IMG/VR virus record: IMGVR_UViG_3300032116_000004 | Span: 1-64,000 of that record | Length of the DNA: 64,000 nucleotides | Strand: one strand, 5' to 3' | Translations under genes and position numbers: made by a program | The notes under the pieces: generated by a model | Told to the model about the DNA's origin: nothing | Databases searched by the model: none | The model's input: the letters and a program-made list of their open reading frames with translations, nothing else | Part shown: positions 56,334 through 64,000 of the stretch, piece after piece | Position numbering within the stretch: the stretch's first letter is position 1 | How the letters are laid out: every line of letters starts with the position of its first letter

Positions 56334-56669
56334 ATGCTGATCCGAGAGTTCCAGGATCCCTCAGTGCAGAGACTGGCCGCCATAGGCCAGTTTTTGCTCA
56401 AACGAGCCCAGGACACAGCCGCGGTCAAACCTTACAATGTAGATGCCTTTATAGATCTAGCCAGAGAAAATGGTATCAACATGGATCGGGAACGCTTGAT
56501 GACCTTGTCTACGCAACCACCACTCAACAATATCATCGCCAATATCCAGGGTGATGATATCATCTGGAAAGGTTCCCAAACCATCACACCAGATGGCGAA
56601 ACCATGTCAGTGGATCAAGCCCGCAAAAAAGTCAACCAAATGGCCAAACGGGCCATTGACATCAAGTAA
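56334..56669 (+). CDS. hypothetical protein
   Basis: MLIREF N-terminus; V.QMAKRA C-terminus. Confidence 0.7.
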   Translation: MLIREFQDPSVQRLAAIGQFLLKRAQDTAAVKPYNVDAFIDLARENGINMDRERLMTLSTQPPLNNIIANIQGDDIIWKGSQTITPDGETMSVDQARKKVNQMAKRAIDIK

Positions 56670-56684
56670 ATACTACTGTATACT
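56656..56684 (+). promoter_or_regulatory. sigma70-like promoter with nested TAAATA upstream of iscU
   Basis: TTGACA-17-TATACT; TAAATA 56667-56672; GGAGG RBS. Confidence 0.75.
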
Positions 56685-56700
56685 AACATAGGAGGTAGAT

Positions 56701-57093
56701 ATGGCTTATTCAGAAAAGGTCATTGATCACTATGAAAACCCCCGTAATGTTGGTGCTCTTGATAAGTCTGATCCTACCGTTGGCACTGGTATGGTTGGGG
56801 CACCTGCTTGCGGGGATGTAATGAAATTACAGATCAAGGTGGACGATGATACAGGTATTATTACAGATGCACGCTTTAAAACGTATGGCTGCGGATCGGC
56901 TATCGCGAGCTCGAGCCTGGTCACAGAATGGGTCAAAGGCAAAACCCTTGATGAAGCAGGAACAATCCGAAACAGCCAAATCGCAGAAGAACTAGCATTG
57001 CCACCAGTCAAGATCCACTGCTCCATCTTGGCCGAGGATGCCATCAAGGCTGCCATAGAAGACTATCGCAAAAAACATGATCACAGTCACTGA
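56701..57093 (+). CDS. iscU: Fe-S cluster scaffold IscU
   Basis: YSEKVIDHYENPRNVG, GAPACGDVMKLQ, FKTYGCGSAIASSS, LPPVKIHCS. Confidence 0.97.
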   Translation: MAYSEKVIDHYENPRNVGALDKSDPTVGTGMVGAPACGDVMKLQIKVDDDTGIITDARFKTYGCGSAIASSSLVTEWVKGKTLDEAGTIRNSQIAEELALPPVKIHCSILAEDAIKAAIEDYRKKHDHSH

Positions 57094-57406
57094 TGAAGCG
57101 GCCTGCCGCGTTAAGGAAAACATCGCCCGACGTGGACGCGGCCTAGGCATCAAGATTGGTGTGCGCACCACAGGCTGTTCGGGTCTGGCCTATACCCTGG
57201 AATACGTGGATACGGATCAAGGGCGAGAGCACTGCGTGGCACACTATGACATCAACGGTGTGCGCATATATGTGGATCCCAAGCATCGTCCTTATCTCGA
57301 AGGCATGACCATGGCATGGGTCAAAAACGGCCTCAACGAAGGATTTGATTTCATCAACCCTAACGAACGCGACCGCTGTGGTTGCGGAGAAAGTTTCCGA
57401 GTCTAA
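57077..57406 (+). CDS. iscA: Fe-S cluster carrier IscA
   Basis: TGCSGLAY, F.F.NPN....CGCGESF. Confidence 0.95.
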   Translation: MITVTDEAACRVKENIARRGRGLGIKIGVRTTGCSGLAYTLEYVDTDQGREHCVAHYDINGVRIYVDPKHRPYLEGMTMAWVKNGLNEGFDFINPNERDRCGCGESFRV

Positions 57407-57408
57407 TA

Positions 57409-58122
57409 TTGTATATTCAAAAATTTAACTACGAGCCCTTGAATCGCACCAGCGAAGATGGGCGACGACTGTATCTCACTCCCGATGGTAAAAAGTTACC
57501 ATCAGTTACTACCATACTTGACCGTACCAAGCCCGAAGAAAAGAAACAGGCTTTGGCCAATTGGAAAAAGCGTGTGGGTGAGGCCCAAGCACAGCAAATT
57601 ACCACGGAGGCCGCCAATCGCGGAACCCGTATGCATACATATCTTGAGCACTATGTCAAGACCGGTGAAATAAAACCAGCGGGCACTAATCCCTATGCCT
57701 GGAGCAGTCATGCCATGGCCATGACAGTGATTGAACAAGGACTTAAAAATGTTGAAGAATTTTGGGGTGTGGAAATACCGCTTTACTTTCCCAATCTCTA
57801 TGCAGGAACTTCGGACGGTGCTGGAATCCATCTTGGCAGCCAAAGCATCCTAGATTACAAACAAACCAACAAACCCAAGCGCCGGGAGTGGATCGAAGAT
57901 TACTTCCTGCAACTGGTGGCCTATGCCCTGGCCCACAACGAAGTGCATGGCACCCGCATACGCAAGGGCGTGGTGCTGATGTGTGTAAAACCTGAAATAG
58001 ACACACAGTTTACTATCACAAAACCCCCAGAATATCAGGAATTCGTGCTGGAAGAGGCGGATTTTGATTATTGGGAACAGCAGTGGTGGCGGCGCCTGGA
58101 GCTCTATTACTTGACCGCATAA
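57409..58122 (+). CDS. PD-(D/E)XK exonuclease
   Basis: LPSVTTIL, W..RVG, RGT.MH..LE, AGTSD, ILDYKQ, YFLQL.AYA; TTG start assumed. Confidence 0.85.
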   Translation: MYIQKFNYEPLNRTSEDGRRLYLTPDGKKLPSVTTILDRTKPEEKKQALANWKKRVGEAQAQQITTEAANRGTRMHTYLEHYVKTGEIKPAGTNPYAWSSHAMAMTVIEQGLKNVEEFWGVEIPLYFPNLYAGTSDGAGIHLGSQSILDYKQTNKPKRREWIEDYFLQLVAYALAHNEVHGTRIRKGVVLMCVKPEIDTQFTITKPPEYQEFVLEEADFDYWEQQWWRRLELYYLTA

Positions 58123-58142
58123 ATAGGTAATCGGAGAGTGGA

Positions 58143-59753
58143 ATGGCAATAGTTCAGATATCGCGTATCACGCAACGCAAAGGTCTAAGTGAAAATCTAC
58201 CGCAACTAGCGGGCGCAGAGTTTGGCTGGGTCATCGACCAGCGCAGATTGTTCATCGGCAATGGCACCATACAAGAAGGTGCTCCTGCCATTGGCAACAC
58301 TGAAATCCTCACCCAATATTCTGACATATTCGCCATAGCTGGAGCCTACACCTACAAAGGTGAAGCCGGTGGATACACTGTGCAGACCGGCCCCACACCA
58401 GGTGACCCCATCGAGCGCACACTGCAATCCAAACTGGATGACATGGCATCGATCAAAGATTTTGGTGCCACGGGCGACGGAGACAGCGACGACACTGATG
58501 CTATCAACCGTGCCCTGTTCCAGATGTTCTGCCGCGAACAGAATCCACAGGTGAGACGTAGCATATTCTTCCCTGCTGGTGTGTATCGTGTGACTTCCAC
58601 CATAAAGATCCCCCCGTTCTGTAAATTATACGGCGAAGGTGCCCGCAGTTCGGTCATATTCTTGGACACCACTGGTGACAGCACGTTGACTGCTACTTAT
58701 GTGGCCCAGACCGCAGACAGTCTACAGCAGGTCTATCCCAACATCGGCAACAACAATGCCACTGCACCTACCAACATAGAAATCTATGACATGGGCTTCC
58801 AGTCCGCAGAAACACTCAACATAGTGTCGATCCAGGAAGCCACCAATGTGTTGTTCCAAGACGTGGCATTCATTGGACCATTGGTGCAGGCCGAACTTGA
58901 CACCGATGTAGACGACATCTCAGGTGCCACATTCGGATCCACGACAACTTATCCCACAGAGAATATTTCGTTCACGGCCTGCGAATTTTCAGGACTGACC
59001 TATGGTTTATCCAGCGATGCTGCCATCTCTGGTATCACTGTCACTGACAGCAAATTCAACACGCTGTATCAAGGTGTGCTGTTGACAGGAACTGGTGCTG
59101 GTACTGCGGGCTATATAGGACCGCAGGGTTTCCGCATCACACAGAACTTGTTCGACGCTATCTATGCCGAAGGCATCGAGATCGATGGTGCGCAAAACAA
59201 CATGTCTGGATTCAACATGTTCCTGGACGTGGCCACCAAATTCCGTGGCGGCGCCTATCCTGCCGCCGACAATTTCAACGTCATACTGATCGACACAGAC
59301 AACAATGTAAGTTTTGGCGATATGTTTGAGCGTGATTCTTCAGCAGATGAATTAAAAGCACGTATCAATATCGACAACAAAAAAGTCTTTGCCATGGAAG
59401 CCGGCGAGAGATATCGCTTTGGCACCTTGGTACAAGAAGCTGGTGTGCTGGTAGACAAAACTGTTGGTAGTGGCACCTTGTTGACATTGCCTGCCGCGCT
59501 GGGTTCAGCATTTGAAGTGCGATACAATTTCAAAGATCTAGTAACCACTCAGGTCCGTTACGGCACCTTGGTCATTGTATCTGAAGACATAGATGACAGT
59601 TCTACTTTTCCTGTGTCTTTCACTGATGACTATACTGAAAATGGTCCTGTCGGACTCACGCTTTCTGTGAGCCAGGTAGGTTCTGACATCGAAGTCTCTT
59701 ACACCATCACGGCCAATGGCCGTTTCCGATACGCTGTTAGCACTCTAGGATAA
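58143..59753 (+). CDS. tail fibre/spike-like protein with pectate lyase-like beta-helix
   Basis: RI.QRKG...LPQLA.AEFGW N-terminus; SIKDFGATGDG.SDDTDAINRA, FFPAGVYRVT; TAAATA at 58120. Confidence 0.7.
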   Translation: MAIVQISRITQRKGLSENLPQLAGAEFGWVIDQRRLFIGNGTIQEGAPAIGNTEILTQYSDIFAIAGAYTYKGEAGGYTVQTGPTPGDPIERTLQSKLDDMASIKDFGATGDGDSDDTDAINRALFQMFCREQNPQVRRSIFFPAGVYRVTSTIKIPPFCKLYGEGARSSVIFLDTTGDSTLTATYVAQTADSLQQVYPNIGNNNATAPTNIEIYDMGFQSAETLNIVSIQEATNVLFQDVAFIGPLVQAELDTDVDDISGATFGSTTTYPTENISFTACEFSGLTYGLSSDAAISGITVTDSKFNTLYQGVLLTGTGAGTAGYIGPQGFRITQNLFDAIYAEGIEIDGAQNNMSGFNMFLDVATKFRGGAYPAADNFNVILIDTDNNVSFGDMFERDSSADELKARINIDNKKVFAMEAGERYRFGTLVQEAGVLVDKTVGSGTLLTLPAALGSAFEVRYNFKDLVTTQVRYGTLVIVSEDIDDSSTFPVSFTDDYTENGPVGLTLSVSQVGSDIEVSYTITANGRFRYAVSTLG

Positions 59754-59755
59754 CT

Positions 59756-60187
59756 GTGTGGCCCAACCGGTATGAAGACCGATTGGCTTCTTGGTATCAA
59801 CTGAGAGAGGCCAACCTCAGCAATGACTTAGATCAATGCCTATTGGCAGTGAATGATTGGTGGCAACAGTGCCCATGGGTTCCGTATTACCTCCACTGGG
59901 ATGACATGGCCGATTGGCCGGACCCCTGGGATCTTTTGTCCGATAATCATTTCTGCAGTCTTGCAAAAGCACTGGGCATAGTGTATACTCTACATATGAT
60001 GGCAAGATCAGACATAACCCAGGTGGAAATAGCCGTAAATGGCGAATCAGCGGACAATTTAGTCCTGGTCAATGAGGGAAAATATATACTGAATTGGGAA
60101 GCCGGGCAGTTGTTAAATATCACATCACCAGCAGTCAATATCAAGAAGAGCGTGGATTCACGAGCAGTCACAAAAAAAATCAATTGA
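59756..60187 (+). CDS. hypothetical protein (possible transglutaminase-like cysteine peptidase fold)
   Basis: WP.PWDLL....FC..AKALGI.YTL, LVLV....ILN. Confidence 0.55.
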   Translation: MWPNRYEDRLASWYQLREANLSNDLDQCLLAVNDWWQQCPWVPYYLHWDDMADWPDPWDLLSDNHFCSLAKALGIVYTLHMMARSDITQVEIAVNGESADNLVLVNEGKYILNWEAGQLLNITSPAVNIKKSVDSRAVTKKIN

Positions 60188-60194
60188 GGTAGCG

Positions 60195-62504
60195 ATGAGC
60201 ATACAAATCACAAAGAGAGACGGAAGCAAGGAGCCTCTGGATCTCGAGAAGTTGCATAAAGTAGTATTTTGGGCCACAGAAGGCATCACAGGCGTAAGCG
60301 CCAGCGAAGTAGAAATTAAAAGTCACATACAGTTTTACAATGGAATGAAAACCGCAGACATCCAGGAGACTCTGATCAAGAGCGCCGCGGATCTCATCAC
60401 TGAAGACACTCCCAACTATCAGTTTGTGGCCGGCCGACTGATCTGCTACCATATACGCAAACAAGTATACGGCCAGTTCCAACCTTGGCCAATCCGGCAG
60501 CTGGTCGAGAAAAATGTCACCGCAGGATTCTATGACGCGGAACTGCTCACTGCCTACAACGATGATGAGTGGGATCGCATCAACTCATTCATTCGACATG
60601 ATCGTGATGAACAACTGACCTATGCGGCCATGGAACAGTTCCGTGGCAAGTATCTGGTGCAGAATCGTGTGACCAAGGAGCTGTTTGAAACTCCGCAGAT
60701 GGCCTATGTGTTGATAGCGGCCACGCTGTTCCAACACTATCCAAGAGAAAGCCGCATGATGTGGGTGCGAGATTATTATGACGCTATTTCCACACATCAG
60801 GTATCACTGCCCACTCCGGTCATGGCCGGCGTGCGCACTCCTATCCGTCAATTCTCATCATGTGTGCTGATCGAGACCGCTGACAGCCTTGATTCAATCA
60901 ATGCCACTTCTTCCAGCGTGGTCAAGTATGTGAGCCAAAAAGCCGGTATTGGCATCGGCGGAGGACGCATACGTGCGTTGGGGTCACCCATCCGCAATGG
61001 AGATGCTTATCACACAGGTGTTATTCCTTTTTACAAAATGTTTCAGGCGGCTACCCGCTCGTGTAGCCAAGGCGGCGTGCGCAATGGAGCCGCCACTCTT
61101 TATTATCCCATCTGGCACTACGAAGTAGAAGATCTCCTGGTGCTAAAGAACAACAAAGGCACTGAAGACAATCGTGTGCGCCACATGGACTATGGTGTGC
61201 AATTCAACAAAGTCATGTATGAGCGACTGTTGACTGGTGGGGATATCACGCTGTTCTCACCGCATGATGTGCCCGAGATGTATGAAGCCTTCTTCACTGA
61301 TGTGGAACGTTTCCGTGAACTGTATGAAACAGCCGAACGCAACACCAAACTCCGTAAGAAAAAGCTCAAGGCCATCGACCTGTTCACGGCATTCATGCAA
61401 GAGCGCAAAGATACCGGACGCATCTATCTCCAGAACGTTGATCACGCCAACACTCACGGCTCGTTCAAGCCAGACTTGGCGCCTATTAAAATGAGCAATC
61501 TCTGCTGTGAGATCACCTTACCTACCAAACCACTCAATGATGTGCATGACAAGGACGGCGAGATCGCGTTATGCACACTCAGCGCCATCAACTGGGGTGT
61601 GTTCCGTGATCCTGAAGACATGGAACGTGCCTGCACTTTGGCTGTGCGAGGTCTGGATGCATTGTTGAGTTATCAGAACTATCCTATCCTGGCCGCGCAG
61701 ATCGCCACAGAAAATCGCAGACCTCTAGGAGTGGGCATCATCAACCTGGCCTATTGGTTGGCCAAGAACGATCTAAGTTACAGTGACCCCGGAGCACTGC
61801 CTGAAGTGGATCGTTGGGCGCAACACTGGTCATACTATCTCATCAAAGCATCAGCGGATCTAGCACAAGAGTTTGGCGCCTGTCCTCGCAGTCCTGAAAC
61901 CCGATATCACGATGGCATCTTGCCCGTGGATACCTACAAACGTGATGTGGACGAGTTGGTGCCGCATCGAGATCTAGTGGACTGGAAAGGTCTGCGTCAG
62001 CAGTTACAAAAACACGGCATCCGGAATTCTACCTTGATGGCCTTGATGCCAGCAGAGACGTCAGCACAGATATCTAACTCTACCAATGGTGTGGAACCTC
62101 CTCGCAGTTATGTTTCCATCAAGCAGAGCAAAGATGGTGTGCTCAAACAAGTAGTGCCCGAATATCGCAAACTCAAAAATAAGTATGAACTGCTGTGGGA
62201 TCAGAAAAGCCCCGAAGGCTATCTACGCATCATGGCTATCTTGCAGAAGTATATCGACCAAGGCATCTCTGTGAATACATCATACAATCCACAGCACTTT
62301 GAAGATGAGAAGATCCCTATGAGTGACATGCTCAAGCACATGATCATGTTCTATAAGTATGGTGGCAAGCAGTTGTATTATTTCAACACCTATGATGGCT
62401 CGGGGGAGATCGACGCAGATCGGATGAACAGACAGGAAATCCTGATCGAAGCCCCCGACACTTCGATACAAGCAGATGAAGACTGCGACAGTTGCAAAAT
62501 ATAA
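60195..62504 (+). CDS. nrdA: ribonucleotide reductase class Ia alpha subunit
   Basis: ATP-cone ITKRDG, PTPVMAG, QFSSCVL, SNLCCEI, CTLSA, MPAETS, C-terminal CDSCKI. Confidence 0.97.
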   Translation: MSIQITKRDGSKEPLDLEKLHKVVFWATEGITGVSASEVEIKSHIQFYNGMKTADIQETLIKSAADLITEDTPNYQFVAGRLICYHIRKQVYGQFQPWPIRQLVEKNVTAGFYDAELLTAYNDDEWDRINSFIRHDRDEQLTYAAMEQFRGKYLVQNRVTKELFETPQMAYVLIAATLFQHYPRESRMMWVRDYYDAISTHQVSLPTPVMAGVRTPIRQFSSCVLIETADSLDSINATSSSVVKYVSQKAGIGIGGGRIRALGSPIRNGDAYHTGVIPFYKMFQAATRSCSQGGVRNGAATLYYPIWHYEVEDLLVLKNNKGTEDNRVRHMDYGVQFNKVMYERLLTGGDITLFSPHDVPEMYEAFFTDVERFRELYETAERNTKLRKKKLKAIDLFTAFMQERKDTGRIYLQNVDHANTHGSFKPDLAPIKMSNLCCEITLPTKPLNDVHDKDGEIALCTLSAINWGVFRDPEDMERACTLAVRGLDALLSYQNYPILAAQIATENRRPLGVGIINLAYWLAKNDLSYSDPGALPEVDRWAQHWSYYLIKASADLAQEFGACPRSPETRYHDGILPVDTYKRDVDELVPHRDLVDWKGLRQQLQKHGIRNSTLMALMPAETSAQISNSTNGVEPPRSYVSIKQSKDGVLKQVVPEYRKLKNKYELLWDQKSPEGYLRIMAILQKYIDQGISVNTSYNPQHFEDEKIPMSDMLKHMIMFYKYGGKQLYYFNTYDGSGEIDADRMNRQEILIEAPDTSIQADEDCDSCKI

Positions 62505-62516
62505 AGAGAATAATAA

Positions 62517-63644
62517 ATGAGCGTATTGAATCTAAAAAAGAATCGTGACCACACCAAGAGCTTGGCTTTTCTTGATCCTCAAGGCGGACTAGGCATGCAA
62601 AGATATGACACACTGAAGTATCGTCAGTTTGACAAACTCACCGACAAGCAGTTGGGATTTTTCTGGCGTCCAGAAGAAATAGATGTGCTACGTGACTCCA
62701 AGGATTTCAAGGATCTCACACCATGGGAACAGCACATCTTTACCAGCAATCTCAAACGCCAGATATTGCTGGATTCTGTGCAAGGTCGTTCACCCAATCT
62801 GGCCTTCTTGCCTTTGGTTACACTGCCTGAATTAGAAACCTGGATAGAGACCTGGGCTTTCAATGAGACCATACACAGCCGTAGTTACACACACATCATC
62901 CGCAACATCTATTCCGACCCCGGCAAGATATTTGATGAGATGTTGGACATCGAAGATATCGTGACCTGCGGAACAGACTGTTCCAAATACTATGATGACC
63001 TCATACAATACTCCACTGCCTATCAACTGTTGGGAGTTGGCCGGCACACTGTCAACGGCAAGACACTGGAAATCACTGAATATGAACTGAAGAAACGACT
63101 ATGGTTGGCTGTGGCCTCGGTCAATGTGTTGGAAGGCATAAGATTTTATGTTTCGTTCGCTTGCTCGTGGGCATTTGCTGAGTTGAAAAAGATGGAAGGC
63201 AATGCCAAGATCATCAAACTGATCGCACGTGATGAAAACGTCCATCTAGGATTCACACAGACTCTGCTTAAACTGTTGCCACAAGACGATCCAGATTACG
63301 TGAAAATCAAACAAGAAACACAGGCCGACATGATCACCATGTATGAGTCAGCTGTAGAACAAGAAGAACGGTGGGCTGAGTATCTTTTCCGTGACGGAAG
63401 CATGATCGGTCTCAACAAACAGTTGTTGTGCGATTACGTAGAGTGGATCGCCCACAAGCGCATGACAGCCATTGGTTTGCCCAATCGCTATCGCGGCGGA
63501 TCCAACCCTTTGCCATGGACGGCCAAATGGATCGCAGGTGCTGAAGTGCAGGTAGCACCTCAAGAAACTGAGATCACTTCCTATGTGATCGGCGGCACCA
63601 AACAGGATGTCACAGATGCTACTTTTTCTGGTATGAGTCTATGA
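62517..63644 (+). CDS. nrdB: ribonucleotide reductase class Ia beta subunit
   Basis: FFWRPEE, LDSVQ, ETIHSRSY, LEGIRFYVSF, RDENVH, APQETEITSY. Confidence 0.97.
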   Translation: MSVLNLKKNRDHTKSLAFLDPQGGLGMQRYDTLKYRQFDKLTDKQLGFFWRPEEIDVLRDSKDFKDLTPWEQHIFTSNLKRQILLDSVQGRSPNLAFLPLVTLPELETWIETWAFNETIHSRSYTHIIRNIYSDPGKIFDEMLDIEDIVTCGTDCSKYYDDLIQYSTAYQLLGVGRHTVNGKTLEITEYELKKRLWLAVASVNVLEGIRFYVSFACSWAFAELKKMEGNAKIIKLIARDENVHLGFTQTLLKLLPQDDPDYVKIKQETQADMITMYESAVEQEERWAEYLFRDGSMIGLNKQLLCDYVEWIAHKRMTAIGLPNRYRGGSNPLPWTAKWIAGAEVQVAPQETEITSYVIGGTKQDVTDATFSGMSL

Positions 63645-63910
63645 TGTTGACTGTGTATTCAAAAACCGTTTGCCCGTTTTGTGTCAATGCTAAAAATTAC
63701 TTGAAAAGCAAAGACATACCCTTCGAAGAAATCAACATCGAAAAGGATGAGCAAGCACGCCAGTTCATCCAGGAAAAAGGTCATCGCACGGTGCCGCAGA
63801 TCTATTTTGAAGGCAAATTATTTGTGGAAGGTGGGTTCCAAGGTTTAAGTAAGTTGACGCGAACGGACATCCGCGAGCGCATGAATCTTACAGACCTAGG
63901 AACCATATGA
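63641..63910 (+). CDS. glutaredoxin
   Basis: CPFC, TVPQI, GG. Confidence 0.92.
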   Translation: MMLTVYSKTVCPFCVNAKNYLKSKDIPFEEINIEKDEQARQFIQEKGHRTVPQIYFEGKLFVEGGFQGLSKLTRTDIRERMNLTDLGTI

Positions 63911-64000
63911 ACGTATTCCAAAGAAGCCAAATATACACTCTAAAATTAATCAGCGGTGAAGAAATCACCGCCAAAGTCGTAGAAATCTGCGGCGATGTGA
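63907..64000 (+). CDS. hypothetical protein, 5' partial (Sm-like fold possible)
   Basis: ATGA coupling; MNVFQRSQIYTLKLISGEEITAKV runs off the window end. Confidence 0.6.
   Translation, partial: MNVFQRSQIYTLKLISGEEITAKVVEICGDV

Noticed and set aside
57409-58122. Cas4/CRISPR association of the exonuclease
   Set aside because: No four-Cys cluster, no cas genes and no repeat-spacer array seen
60195-63644. Possible introns or inteins in nrdA/nrdB (also checked terminase, helicase and uvsX)
   Set aside because: ORFs are continuous, of normal length, and show no intein terminal motifs
1-64000. tRNA genes and stop-codon recoding
   Set aside because: No cloverleaf recognised in the short intergenic gaps (tRNAscan not run); conserved genes are intact under the standard code

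Overview
A 64-kb segment of a large T4-like myovirus genome (distant T4 relative, probably infecting Proteobacteria), densely coding and mostly on the + strand. Core modules are: tail and head genes (sheath, tube, tube-like baseplate protein, gp4-like head completion protein, large terminase); recombination and replication genes (gp32 SSB, UvsX, UvsY, UvsW, gp62-like clamp loader subunit, primase, DnaB-like helicase, PD-(D/E)XK exonuclease); nucleotide metabolism (dNMP kinase, NrdA, NrdB, glutaredoxin); and host-like IscU/IscA. About 25 modification enzymes are interleaved with these: glycosyltransferases, methyltransferases, 2OG-Fe(II) oxygenases, radical SAM, SGNH-like proteins, an amidinotransferase, a PLP-fold enzyme and a cytidylyltransferase-cupin fusion. 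The most notable observations are (1) a 192-aa miniature DnaE-like protein retaining the catalytic motifs, (2) a Pol-beta-type nucleotidyltransferase fused to a KxDG ligase-like domain with putative prohead-protease sites, (3) a set of proteins with T4 capsid-targeting-like N-termini, and (4) a TAA(A/G)TA late-promoter motif 4-7 nt before many start codons, implying leaderless late mRNAs. No tRNA, rRNA or CRISPR array was seen. All functional calls come from reading motifs by eye; no searches were run.
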